From the NCBI RefSeq assembly GCF_009914755.1, contig NC_060934.1: a DNA stretch of 64,000 nucleotides; one strand, 5' to 3'. Below, in pieces: positions 15,608-35,475 of this stretch. Position 1 is the stretch's first letter. Every line of letters begins with the position of its first letter. The notes below the pieces were generated by a model. That model ran no database searches. It was not told where the DNA came from and saw only the letters and a program-made list of their open reading frames with translations. Made by a program: the position numbers and the translations under genes. Origin of the DNA: the human T2T-CHM13v2.0 reference genome, Homo sapiens.

Positions 15608-16421
<814 letters not shown>

Positions 16422-17156
16422 AAAATATTGCATGCCAGGTGTTGTTTATAAGTTTTCTACTATTTGTGGAAGTTTCTAAACAGGAAGGTTGACTGAATCG
16501 TCATCCTGCTTTTATCAGCTTTTAGCATCTTGTGATGCATTACAGTTTACCCTTACTTGCTAGGTAGATTTAAAGGTAATTTTCTAGTCTGAATAAAACT
16601 AATTTCCCCAAAATAGAAAGATGAATTATAAAGACTCTTACAAAATGATCCTAGGTTTAAGATGATTCTAATAATGTAAGCAAAAGTAAACAACAGCAAG
16701 AATTAAAACAAAACAAATCCCCCAAATGGAAGAGCAGTGCTTTTCTTACTCCTGGTGTAAGTCTTCATGAATCCTACAAAGAGGTAACAGCAATGATGAT
16801 GAAAACAGATTTCCCTAGAAGGGTGGCTAGGTGTATACTCTACCTTGGAATACTATCTCCAGGTAGTGGGAAGCCCTCATGACAGCAAAGCATTTAAGAA
16901 CTAAACATTCAGAGCCTGAAGACAAGTGTTGGTATTTTTTGAGCCATGTTTAAGATATATGATATTTAATCTAAATGTATTAAAATTATATAACCTATTT
17001 AAGATTTCTTTTTGTACAGTAAAACCCCAAAATTCACACACTATAGGAGATACACTTGTTCTTCCTTTCAAGGTAAAAGTCACTGAAGTTATACATAGAA
17101 AATCATGACAAACTAAAAGGGCATTCCTTTGTCAGAGACAAGTATTTAAAGACAGG

Positions 17157-17520
17157 TACTATAGTTTTAATGTCCCCTCCAAAACTCATGTTGAAACTTA
17201 ATCCCCAATGTGGCAGTGTTGAGTAGTGGGGCCCTTTAAGAGGTAATTGGATCATGAGGGTTCTGTCCTTATGAATGGATTAATCCATTCTTAGTTTAAT
17301 GAGTTAATAAATTAATGGCTTGTCATGGGAGGAGAACAGTAGCTTTATAAGAAGAGAAAGAGATCTGAGATTGCACATTAACACACTCAATCTCCATGTG
17401 ATGCCCTGCACTGTCTTGGGCTCTGCAGAGTCATCAGCAGCAAGAAGGTCCTCACCAGATGTGGCCCCTCAACCTTGGACTTAGCCTCTTTAACTATAAA
17501 AAATAATTTCATTTTCTTTA
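17157..17520 (+). mobile_element. MSTC/MSTD-like MaLR LTR, 3'-truncated
   Basis: CTATAGTTTTAATGTCCCCTCCAAAACTCATGTTGAAACTTAATCCCCAATG start and GAAGGTCCTCACCAGATG core. Confidence 0.85.
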
Positions 17521-17521
17521 G

Positions 17522-17665
17522 TTTTTCAGCCCTTGCCTCCCACCTTTCCTCCCCATTCTAGTAGTCCCCAGTGTCTATTGTTGCCATCTTTATGTCCATC
17601 TGTACTCAATGTATGGCTCTCACTTATTAGGGAGAACATGTGGTATTTGGTTTTCTGTTCCTGCT
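17522..17665 (-). mobile_element. L1PB/old L1PA 3'UTR fragment
   Basis: CCCCAGTGTCTATTGTTGCCATCTTTATGTCC...GAGAACATGTGGTATTTGGTTTTCTGTTCCTG. Confidence 0.8.
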
Positions 17666-18033
17666 AGAACAAATTCTTTAATATGGAAGGCTTGCTACTA
17701 TACAGTTGGATAAAAGTATAGATGCCTCTAAGTCGCTTCAATTTTGAGTGTTTACTAGATGGTCTTGCAGCAATTAAATGTGCAAAGTACATTGTGTGTG
17801 TATGTGTTAAGCTGTACTAATACATTTTCTAAATGTACTAGAGAAGATAGTTTTTCAACAGTATATTACCTATTTAATAACGATGTTTAAACTCCCACTG
17901 TTCTATGAGAGAGAGATGTAAAATATCACTTAAGTGTAGCTACAGATAGAACAGCTCCTTCTACTGGAATAAAATGGGTCCTAGGGTAAATCACAAACTA
18001 TACTTGTGAAATTTATCCATTAACACCATTGTA

Positions 18034-18086
18034 TTAGGTTGGTGCAAAAGTAATTGCAGTTTTTGCCATTAAAAATAATGGCAAAA
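18034..18086. mobile_element. MADE1 (Hsmar1 MITE), partial
   Basis: TA-TTAGGTTGGTGCAAAAGTAATTGCAGTTTTTGCCATT...AATGGCAAAA; right TIR truncated. Confidence 0.9.
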
Positions 18087-18551
18087 TCTTCATTGATCTG
18101 TTAAAAAAAAAAGTGGTAGATTCTTCATAACATACTCAAGAGAACACTTGGTAATCTCCTGGAAAAATGTTTCCAAGATTCCTTAAACTTAAAGATAAGC
18201 AAAACTTTTTTTTATGCAAAAAGATAATCAATCCAAATTTGATGACTTTTTAAAAGTCCAAGTTGACATTTTGAAGACAAAAACACATTTAATCTGTCCC
18301 TTCAAGGTAAGGGTCATGTTTAAACAAGTGAGATATTGATTTATACAGAAAATTGTGCTAAGAAAAGAACATTTCAAAAACAGATGGAATGTCTCTTTCT
18401 TACACAATTTTGTTGCTGAAAACAATGTCACAATATTTTTCATATATGTGTACTCAAAACCTTAGAATTATAAAAAATCTCACTTGTTTAAAAAACATTC
18501 AAACAATTTTGTTGTTTTTTGAACTTATTTGGTTAAAAAAATCAAAACACA

Positions 18552-24330
<5,779 letters not shown>

Positions 24331-24545
24331 AAAAAAATCAAAACACATTACCTTCCAATTGATAGCTGGGATGCTAGAAATTTACTAACAGAATTGCAGC
24401 AAAAAATTTTCATAATAGATTCAGAAACAGATCAGAAATAGATTCAGCAACAGTGTGATTCTTCTATGTGGTTCTGCAGGCTTTTGTAAGTAGCTTTTTG
24501 ACTATGAAGGCCATAAACCCAAATATTGACATAAACTGAATTTAG

Positions 24546-24881
<336 letters not shown>

Positions 24882-27800
24882 GCCAGATAGATTTTTTTTT
24901 AAAACAATGAAAGATGTTCAAACCCTTGTCTTCTTTCTCAAGGCTGTTTTCTTCAAATGCAGGGTCATGTGGAACACTGATGTACACAAGATGGACAGTC
25001 CAAAATTGGTCTTCTCAGCATCTTTTATGGCCACTCTTGAGACAGTTTGAAACCCACTACTTTTCAGCCTTATTGATTTATTTTTCATTTTTTCTTTTAA
25101 AGACTGTAAGTAGTATAGAATTTAACACAGTGTAAAATAGATTTTAAGAGTCCCCTTTATTACCAACAGATTTTGCTTCATTATATTTAATGCTATATTA
25201 CTTGGCATGTAAACCTTTTTCTGTTAGTATTAGAATGTCATGGTAGAATGCACCTTTACCAAATGTAAAATAATCCCATTTGTTCAGTTTACTATTTTTT
25301 TTTTTGTCGATTTGGAATTTACATTTGGAATTTATGTTGGAATAAAAGTGGAGGCATTATGTTGCAATGGACACCGTGCTTCTACTTTTGTTGTCTGATT
25401 TACCCTTGTCCAATATTTTAACTTTTTGTATTACTTTGTTTTAGATTCTTAAAAATGACTTGTAGCTGCACTTTCATTCTGGTGCTCATTTAGGAGTCTT
25501 TTTGTTTTAAGATGGTAATTTAACTGATTTACAGTTATTGTCAACTTGTGTGTTCAATCTCATTTTTTTATCCTGTTTTTTTCTTTGTTGAAAACCTACC
25601 AATAACTTCTGCTCAGAGTTCTTCACTATGTGTAGAGTCTTACTTAATTGTAAAATTTCCCCTGTAGTGATTTACCTATTATACAACTTGTTTGGAATTC
25701 TACAAATAAATATATTTAATTAAAACACCTCATTATGGTGTATTTTAATTATTGGCATAAAATAAAATATTTCTATTTTTATCTCAACTTTGGCATGAGG
25801 AAAAACACATTTACTTTCCTTTAAGGTTCATGTTTTCTTAAAAAATAATTGATTAAGATGGTTATTGTTACTTTTGCTAATTTTAATCTTCTGTTTTAGA
25901 ATATATTTCAGCATTTTTTAGACCATATTTACAGCAAATATTTAGACGTATTTATACTTATGGAATTTCATTGCTCACTACCAATTTTTTTTATATCTTA
26001 GCTTCTCTATTTTTGAATTTCTTCATTTCTTTTCTATTTAGACAGGCTCCAATGCATTTAAAACAAGTCTTTTGCCAAAGATACACCAGTCATCTAGTTG
26101 TACTTGAAAGGAAAAGCCTGAGTTTGGCTTGATATTTTATTTCTTTTCTTTCATGCCATCAGTTTTTCCCTGCCTCCATGTTTACAGATTTTTTTTTCAT
26201 TCTTGTAATTTTGAAGGTCACCAGGTTATAGTTATTCTTTTTCACTAATTATCTTTTGTAATTGCAGAAAAACTTTAATCTGAGATCTCAGAAGGTATTG
26301 CTTCTGTTCAGAAAGGTTTTCTTTTATTCTGTCTCTAATAATTGTTTATTTTCAAAGCATTACAGTTCCTTTCAGGTGCATTGCTTCTGTCTATGTGGCT
26401 CTTCATTCCATAGCATCTACAATTTTCAACTCTCTATTTCTTTTCTCTGCACTAAGGAAATTAATTCAAATGAGAAACTAAAGCATATATTTAAAAGAGT
26501 TTCTTTTTAAAAAAATTTAGAATGTATTTTGGAGGACAAGTGTAGTTTTGTTACATGGATATATTGCATAGTGGTAAAGTCTGGGCTTTTAGTGTAGCCA
26601 TAGCCTGAAGAGTGTACGTTGCAACTATTTTTTTTTTTTTTTTGCATTGACCTGGAGATTTTTAAAATTTTTTTTAAATTTATTTATTTATTTATTTACT
26701 TATTTTATTATTATTATACTTTAAGTTCTGGGATGCATGTGCAGAATGTGCAGGTTTGTTACATAGGTATACATGTGCCATGGTGATTTGCTGCACCCAT
26801 CAACCCGTCATCTACGTTAGGTATTTCTCTAATGCTATCCCTTCCCCTTGCCCCACACCCCCCGACAGGTCCCAGTGTGTGATGTTCCCCTCCCTGTCTC
26901 CATATGTTCTCATTGTTCAGCTCCCACTTATGAGTGAGAACATGTGGTGTTTTGATTTCTGTTCCTGTGTTAGTTTGCTGAGAATGATGGCTTCCAGCTT
27001 CATCCATGTACCTGCAAACGAGATGAACTCATTTTTTTTTATGGCTGCATAGGATTCCATGGTGTATATGTGCCACATTTTCTTTATCCAGTCTATCACT
27101 GATGGGCATTTGGGTTGTCTAAGTCTTTGGTATTGTGAATAGTGCTACAGTAAACATACATGTGCATGTGACTTTAGAGTAGAATGATTTATAATCCTTT
27201 GGGTATATACCCAGTAATGGGATGGCTGGGTCAAATGGTATTTCTAGTTCTAGATCCTTGAGGAATCGTCACACTGTCTTCCACAATGGTTGAACTAATT
27301 TACACTCCCACCAATAGTGTAAAAGCATTCCTATTTCTCCACAGCCTCACCAGCATCTGTTGTTTCCTGACTTTTTAATAATCGCCATTCTAACTGGTGT
27401 GAGATGGTATCTCATTGTGGTTTTGATTTACATTTCTCTAATGACAGTGATGATGAGCTTTTTTCATATGTTTGTTGGCCACATAAATGTCTTCTTTTGA
27501 AAAGTGTCTGTTCATATCCTTCACCCACTTTTTGATGGGGTTGTTTGTTTTCTTGTCAATTTGTTTACATTCATTGTGGATTCTGGATATCAGTCCTTTG
27601 TCAGATGGATAGATGGCAAAAATTTTCTCCCATTCTGAAGGTTGCCTGTTCACTCTGATGATCGTTTCTTTTGTTGTGCAGAAGCTCTTTAGTTTGATTA
27701 GATCCCATTTGTCAATTTTGACTTTTGTTGCAATTGCTTTTGATGGTTTAGTCATGAAGTCTTTGCCCATGCTTATATCCTGAATGGTATTGCCTAGGTT

Positions 27801-28309
27801 TCCTTCTAGGGTTTTTATGGTTTTGCATTTTACACTTAAGTCTTTAATCCATCTTGAGTTAATTTTTCTATAAGGTGTAAGGAAGGGGTCCAGTTTCAGT
27901 TTTCTGCATATGGCTAGCTGGTTTTCCCAACACCATTTATTATATAGGGAATCCTTTCCCCATTGCTTGTTTCAGTCAGGTTTGTCAAAGATCAAATGGT
28001 TGTAGATGTGTGGTGTTATTTCTCAGGCCTCTGTTCTGTTCCACTGGTCTATATTTCTGTTTTGTTACCAGTATCATGCTGTTTTGGTTACTGTAGCCTT
28101 GTAGTATAGTTTGAATTCAGGTAGCATGATGCCTCCAGCTTTGTTCTTTTTGCTTAAGATTGTCTTGGCTATACGGGCTGTTTTTTTGGTTCTGTATGAA
28201 ATTTAAAGTAGTTTGTTTTCTAATTCTGTGAAGAAAGTCAATGGTAGCTTGATGGGAATAGCATTGAATCTATAAATTACATTGGGCAGTATGGCCATTT
28301 TCACAACAT

Positions 28310-28700
28310 TAATTCTTTCTATCCATGAGCATGGAATGTTTTTCCATTTGTTTGTGTTGCCTCTTATTTTGTTGAGCAGTGGTTTGTCATTCTCCTTGAA
28401 GAGGGCCTTAATGTCCCTTGTAAGTTGTATTCCTTGATTAATTCTTTCTATCCATGAGCATGGAATGTTTCTCCATTTGTTCGTGTCCTCTCTTATTTCC
28501 TTGAGTGGTGGTTTGTTGTTCTCCTTGAAGAGGGCCTTGATGTCCTTTGTAAGTTATATTCCTAGGTATTAATTCTTTCTATCCATGAGCATGGAATGTT
28601 TCTCCATTTGTTCATGTCCTCTCTTATTTCCTTGAGTGGTGGTTTGTCGTTCTCCTTGAAGTGGGCCTTAATGTCCCTTGTAAGTTGTATTCCTAGGTAT
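28310..28700. repeat. Tandem triplication of a ~130-bp L1 ORF2 segment
   Basis: TAATTCTTTCTATCCATGAGCATGGAATG begins at ~28310, ~28439 and ~28570. Confidence 0.95.
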
Positions 28701-31700
28701 TTTATTCTCTTTGTAGCAATTCTGAATTGGAGTTCACTCATGATTTGGCTTTCTGTTTGTCTATTATTGGTGTATAGGAATGCTTGTAATTTTCGTGCAT
28801 TGATTTTTATATCCGACTTTGCTGAAGTTGCTTATCAGCTTAAGGAGTTTTTCAGCTGAGGCGATGGGGTTTTGTAAATATACAGTCATGTTATCTGCAA
28901 AGAGAGATAATTTGACTTCCTTTCTTCCTATTTGAATACTCTTTATTTCTTTCTCTGGCCTGATTGCCCTGGCCAGAACTTTCAATACTATGTTGAATAG
29001 GAGTAGTGAGAGAGGGCATCCTTGTCTTGTGCCAGTTTTCAAAGGGAATGCTTTCAGCTTTTGTCCATTCAGTATGATATTGGCTGTGGGTTTGTCATAA
29101 ATAGCTCTTACTATTTTGAGACACATTCCATCAATACCCAGTTTATTGAGTGTTTTTAGCATCAAGTGTTGTTTAATTTTATTGCAGGCATTTTCTGCAT
29201 CTATTGAGATAATCATGTGGTTTTTGTCATTGGTTCTGTTTATGTGAGGGATTAAGTTTATTGATTTGCATATGTTGAACCAGCCCTGCATCCCAGGGAT
29301 GAAGCCAACTTGTTTGTGGTGGATAAGCTTTTTAATGTGCTGCTGCATTAGGTTTGCCAGTATTTTATTGAGGATTTTTGCATCGATGTTCATCAGGGAT
29401 AGTGGCATGAAATTTTCTTTTTTTGTTGTGTCTTTGCCAGGTTTTGGTATCAGGATAATGCTGGCCTCATACAATGAGTTAGGGAAGAGTTTCTCTTTTT
29501 CTATTGCTTCTAATAGTTGCAGAAGGAATGGTACCAGCTCCTCTTTTTACCTCTGGTAGAATTAGGCTATGAATCCGTGTGGTCCTGGGCTTTTTGTGGT
29601 TGGTAGGCTATTAATTACTACCTCAATTTCAGAACTTACTATTGGTCTATTCAGGGATTCGACATCTTCCTGGTTTAGTCTTGGGTGGGTGTCTGTGTCC
29701 AGGAATTTATCTGTTTCTTCTAGATTATTTTGTTTATTTGCGTAGAGGTGTTTATAGTATTCTTTGTTGGTAGTTTGTATTTCTGTGGGATCAGCGGTGA
29801 TATCCCATATCCCCTTTATCATTTTTTTTACTGCGTTTATTTGATTCTTCTCTCTTTTCTTTTTTGTTATTCTGGCTGGTGGTCCATCTATTTTGTTAAT
29901 ATTTTCAAAAAATCAGCTCCTGGATTCATCGATTTTTTTCAAGGGTTTTTCATGTCTCTATCTCCTTCAGTTGTGCTCTGATCTTAGTTATTTCTTGTCT
30001 TCTGCTAGCTTTTGAATTTGTTTGCTCTTGCTTCTCTAGTTCTTTTAATTGTGATGTTAGGGTGTCAATTTTAGATCTTTCCCCCTTTCTCCTGAGGGCA
30101 TTTAGTGCTATAAATATCCCTCTTAACACTGCTTTAGCTGTGTCCTAGAGATTCTGATATGTTGTGTATTTGTTCTCATTGGTTTCAAAGAGCTTACTTA
30201 TTTTTGCCTTAATTTCGTTATTTAGCCAGTAGTCATTCAGTAGCAGGTTGTTCAGTTTCTATGTATTAGTGTGGTTTTAAGTGAGTTTCTTAATCCTGAG
30301 TTCTAATTTGATTGCAGTGTGGTCTGAGAGACTGTTTGTTATGATTTCCTTTCTTTTGCATTTGCTGAGGAGTGTTTTAGTTCCAATTATGTGGTCAATT
30401 TTAGGATACGTGCTATGTGGTGCTGAGAAGAATGTATATTCTGCTGATTTGGGGTGGAGAGTTCTGTAGATGTCTATTAGGTCCACTTGGTCCAGAGCTG
30501 AGTTCAAGTGTGAATATCCTTGTTAATTTTCTGTCTTGTTGATCTGTTTAATATTGACAGTGGGTGTTAATGTCTCCCACTATTATTGTGTGGGAGTCTA
30601 AGTCTCCTTGTAGGTCTCTAAGAACTTGCTTTATGAATCTGGGTGCTCCTGTGTTGGGTGCATATATATTTAGGATAATTAGCTCTTCTTGTTGCATTGA
30701 TACTTTAGCATTATGTAATGCCCTTCTTTGTCCCTTTTCATCTTTGTTTGTTTAAAGTCTGTTTTATGAGAGACTAGGATTGCAACCCCTGGTTTTTTTT
30801 CTTTCCATTTGCTTGGTAAATATTCCTCCCTCTCTTTATTTTGAGCCTATGTATGTCTTTGCACACGAAACGGGTCTCCTGAATACAGCACACTGATGGG
30901 TCTTGACTCTTTATCCAATTTGCCAGTCTATGTCTTTTAATTGGGGCATTTAGTCCATTTACATTTAAGGTTAATATTGTTATATGTGAATTTCATCCTG
31001 CCATTATCATGCTAGCTGGTTATTTTGCCCGTTACTACATTCAGTTTCTTCATAGTATTGATGGCCTTTATAATTTTGCATGTTTTTGCTGTGACTGGTA
31101 CAGGTTTTTCCTTTCCATGTTTAGTGCTTCCTTCAGCAGCTCTTGTAAGGATGGCCTGGTGGTGACAAAATCTCTCAGCATTTGCTTGTCTGTAAAGGAT
31201 TGTATTTCTCCTTCTCTTATGAAGCTTAATTTGGCCGGATATGAAATTCTGGGTTGAAAATTCTTTTCTTTAAGAATGTTAAATATTGGCCCCTACTCTA
31301 TTCTGGCTTATATGGTTTTTGCAGAGAGATCCACTGTTAGTCTGATGGGCTTCCCTTTGTGGGTAACCTGACCTTTCTCTCTGGCTGCCCTTAACATTTT
31401 TTCCTTCATTTCAACCTTGGTGAATCTGATGATTATGTGTCTTGTGGTTGCTCTTCTTGAGGAGTATCTTAGTGGTGTTCTCTGTATTTCCTGAATTTGA
31501 ATGTTGGCCTGTCTTGCCAGGTTGGGGAAGTTCTCCTGGATAATATCCTGAAGTGTGTTTTCCAACTTGGTGCCATTCTCCCCATCACTTTCAGGTACAC
31601 CAGTCAAATATATGTTGTTCTTTTCACATAGTTCCATATTTCTTGGGGGCTCTTTTCATTTGTTTTTCTCTAATGTTGTCTTCATGCTTTATTTCATTAA

Positions 31701-32865
31701 GTTGACCTTCAATCTCTGATATCCTTTCTTCTGCTTGATCGATTTGGCTATTGATACTTGGGTATGCTTCACAAAGTTCTTGTGCTGTGTTTTTCAGTTC
31801 CATTAGGTCATTTATGTTTTCTCCACTGGTGATTCTAGTTAGCAGTTCCTGTAACCTTTTATCAAGGTTCTTAAGCTTTCTTTCATTGGGTTAGAACATG
31901 CTTTTTTAGCTCAGAGCAGTTTGTTATTACCCACCTTCTGAGACCTACGTCTGTCAATTCATCAAACTCATTCTCTGTCCAGTTTTGTTCCCTTGCTGAT
32001 GAGGAGTTGTGATCCTTTGGAGGAGAAGAGGCATTCTGGATTTTGGAATTTTCATCCTGTTTGCACTGTTTTCTTCCTGATCTTTGTGGATTTATCTACC
32101 TTTGGTCTTTGATGTTGGTGAACTTTGGATGGGTTTTTTTGCATGGTCATCTTTTTTATTGATGTTGATGCTATTCCTTTCTGTTTGTTAGTATTCCTTC
32201 TAACAGTCAGGTCCCTCTTCTGCAGGTCTGCTGGAGTTTGCTGGAGGTCTGCTCCAGACCCTGTTTGCCTGGGTATCACCAGCAGAGGCTGCAGAACAGC
32301 AAAATTGCTACCTGTTCCTTCCTCTGGAAGCTTTGTCCCAGAGGGGCACCCACCTGTTGCCAGTTGGAGCTTTCCTTTATGAGGTGTCTGTTGACCCCTG
32401 TTGGGAAGTGTCTCCCTGTCAGGAATCATGGTGGTCAGGGACCCACTTGAGGAGGCAGTCTGTCCCCTAGCAGAGCTCCAGTGCTGTGGTGGAAGATCCA
32501 CTGCTCTCTTCAGAACTGGCAGGCCGGAACATTTAAGTCTGCTGAAGCTGTGCCCACAGCCACCCCTTCCCCCAGGTGCTCTGTCCCAGGGAGATGGGAG
32601 TTTTATCCATAAAGCCCTCACTGGGGCTGCTGCCTTTCTTCCAGAAATGCCCTGCTCAGAGAGGTGGAATCTAGAGAGGCAGTCTGGCTACAGTGGCTTT
32701 GGGGCACTGCTGTGGGCTCCACCCAGTCCAAACTTCCTGCCGGCTTTGTTACACTGTGAGGGGAAAATAGTCTACTCAAGCCTCAGTAATGGTGGATGCC
32801 CCTCCCCCCACCAAGCTGGAGCATTCCAGGTCGACATCAGACTGCTGTGCTGGCAGCCAGAATTT

Positions 32866-33151
32866 TTTTTTTTTTTTTTTTTGAGACAGAGTCTGGCACT
32901 GTCGCCCAGGCTGGAGCGCAGTGGCACAATCTCGGCTCACTGCAAGCTCCACCCCCTGGGTTCATGCCACTCTCCTGCCTCAGCCTCCCAAGTAGCTAGG
33001 ACTACAGGTGCCCACCACTACGCCTGGCTAATTTTTTGTATTTTTAGTAGAGACATGGTTTCACCATGTTAGCCAGAATGGTCTCGATCTCCTGACCTTG
33101 TGATTTGCCCGCCTTGGCCTCCCAAAGTGCTGGGATTACAGGCGTGAGCCA
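32866..33151 (-). mobile_element. AluY-like inserted in the L1 5'UTR
   Basis: Slightly 5'-truncated Alu; TSD TGGCAGCCAGAATTT (32851-32865, 33152-33166). Confidence 0.94.
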
Positions 33152-33906
33152 TGGCAGCCAGAATTTGAAGCCAGTGGATCTTAGCTTGTTGGGCTCCATG
33201 GGGGTGGAATTCACTGAGCAAGACCACTGGGCTCCCTGGCTTCAGCCTCATTTGCAAGGGAGTGAATGATTCTGTTCCAGCCACCACTGGGGTATGAAAA
33301 AAAACTTGCAACTAGCTTGGTGTCTGCCCAAATGGCCACCCAGTTTTGTGCTTGAAACTCAAGGCCCTAGTGGTGTAGGCACCCAAGGGAATATCCTAGT
33401 CTGCTAGTTGCAAAGACAGTGGGAAAAGCATAGTATCTGGGCCGGATAGCACTGTCCCTCATTCATGGCTTCCCTTGGCTAGCAGAGGGAGTTCCCCGGC
33501 CCCTTGTACCCACTGTCTAACCAGTCCCAGTGAGATGAGATGAGTACCTCAGTTGGAAATGCAGAAACCACCTGCCTTCTGCGTTGGTCTCTCTGGGAGC
33601 TGCAGACTGGAGCTGTTCCTATTTGGCCATCTTGCCCAGGGAATCCCATTCCAACTATTAAGTAATATCTCATTCCTCACTTCCCTCCCACACTCTGCTT
33701 CTTCTGAATCTCCAGTGTCTATTATTCCACTTTCTATGTACACGTGTACACATTCTTTAGCTCCCACTTGTAAGTGAGAACATGTGGTGTTTGATTTTAT
33801 GTTTCTGAGTTGTTTCACTTAAGATAATGGCCTCCATCCAGTTATGATGATGTTGCTGCAAAAGACATTATTTTATTCTTTTCTATGGCTGAGTAGTATT
33901 CCATGG

Positions 33907-33954
33907 TGTGTATGTATGTATGTATATATATATATATATACACACACACACATA
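33907..33954 (+). repeat. Compound (TATG)/(TA)/(CA) microsatellite
   Basis: Visible directly in the sequence. Confidence 0.9.
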
Positions 33955-34419
33955 TCAAATTTTCTTTATCCAATCATCCATTGATGAACACTTAGGTTTA
34001 TTCCATGACTTTGCTATTGTGAAGAGTGTGACAATAAACACACAGGTTTATTTTTAATATAATGATTTCTTTTCTTTTGGGTAGATACCCAGTAGTGGGG
34101 TTACTAGATTGAATGGTATCTTTATTTTCAGTTCTTTGAGAAATCTCCATACTCTTTTCCATAGAGGTTGTACTAATTTACATTCCCACCAACAGCATAT
34201 AAGCATTCCCTTTTCTCCATATTATTGCCATTATCTTTTGTTTTTGACTTTTTAATAATGGCCATTCTGACTGGCATAAGATGATATCTCATGGTTTTAA
34301 TTTGCATTTCTCTGATGATATTGGTTTAAAATACTTAAAAAATCTTCTTCTTGAACTTTGGGTGCCGTGTTTTCTTTTCTTTGTAACTGTATCTATTGCC
34401 TCTTACTTTTTTCTTTGGA

Positions 34420-35475
34420 AGCCTGTAGGTCCAGGGGCTTCCTCCATCCCTTTCTCTGGCAGCCAAGACTTGGTTCCTTGGATGCTCCTTCCTTGGATCT
34501 TGAAGGGATGTATACAATTCATTTTTGGACACAGCAGCAGTAGCAGTGGCGTGCAGTACCGGCAGTGTTTGCGTCCAGCAGGGGTGGCAAGGATGTCCTG
34601 CCCAGAACATTCATGTTAGGTTGTTCACTGGGGTGGTCATTTGTCCTTAATTTCACTGTTCATTGTGTGATCTTGTTGGGGTACCAAGTTAACTTCCCAC
34701 AGTGGAAGCTGAAAAGCCAGATATGAAATCTTAGGCCCTGCACAAACCAAGGGCTGGTCAATGAGATAGACTTACTTGGCATTTTCAATCCAAAGTTAGG
34801 AATGCAAAGACATAAGCCAGCAGAGAATTCACTGGCTGTCTGCAGTGGTAACAACCATGGCCTAGTTCCAGGGGCAGCAGTGATGGTGCTGGGGCAGCAT
34901 CTGAAGTGTTGTCACCTGGGTTTGGGCTAATGCTTCACCACCCAGTGTTCAGCCTCTGAAGCACACGTGCCATCCTAGATTGGTCCTGTGGGAAGAGTTC
35001 ACGTGTTTCTTTCTTTTTTTTGAGAGAAGGTCTGGTTCTGTTTCCCAGGCTGGAGTGGTGCAGTGGCACAATCTCGGCTCACTGCAACCTCCGCTTCCTG
35101 GGCTCAAGTGATCCTCCTACCTCAGCCTGCCGAGTAGCTGGAACCAGAGGTGTGCGCCACCATGCCCAGCTAATATTTTGTGGAGATAAGGTTTCGCCAT
35201 GTTGCCCAGGCTGGTCTCAAACTCCTGAGCTCAAGCAATCCATCCACCTCGGCCTCCCAAAGTGGTGGGATTACAGGTGTGGGCCACTGCACTGGGCCAA
35301 ATTCATGTGTTTCTGGCAGTACCTCTTCTTTTTGATCCTGATCATTTTCTGAGCTTGATTCTCCAGTCTTTTCTGTCAATTCTGGAGCTCCCAAAGATGC
35401 TGTTGGTAAATTTATTTTCCCTTAAATCAGCCACAGGTAGTTTGTCTAGCATTTAAGTAAGAGCCTGCCTGATGA
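34420..35475 (+). mobile_element. Ancient ERVL-type LTR remnant (LTR33/LTR16-like), split by AluJ
   Basis: The 3' end TAAATTTATTTTCCCTTAAATCAGCCA...AAGAGCCTGCCTGAT resembles ERVL LTR termini; family uncertain. Confidence 0.4.
35008..35298 (-). mobile_element. AluJ
   Basis: GGGCTCAAGTGATCCTCC and CCTGAGCTCAAGCAATCC AluJ diagnostics. Confidence 0.9.

Larger units (their letters stand above)
26630..33651 (-). mobile_element. L1PA7-like LINE-1, essentially full length, ORFs disrupted
   Basis: 5' end (GGCAAGATGGCCAAATAGGAACAGCTCCAG on the - strand), ORF1 and ORF2/RT remnants (28764-29474), 3'UTR and tail. TSD CAACTATT (26622-26629, 33652-33659). Confidence 0.95.
26505..34320 (-). mobile_element. 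L1PB-like 3' portion acting as host (pieces 26505-26629 and 33652-34320)
   Basis: GTTACATGGATATATTGCATAGTGG... joins collinearly to AAGTAATATCTCATTCCTCAC... across the younger L1. Confidence 0.8.

Noticed and set aside
28764-29474. 236-aa reverse-transcriptase ORF (longest in the window)
   Set aside because: Fragment of L1 ORF2 bounded by stops and frameshifts; not a functional RT, retron or novel system.
32401-33072. 223-aa ORF antisense to the L1 5'UTR
   Set aside because: Read-through from antisense L1 5'UTR into an Alu; typical spurious repeat ORF.
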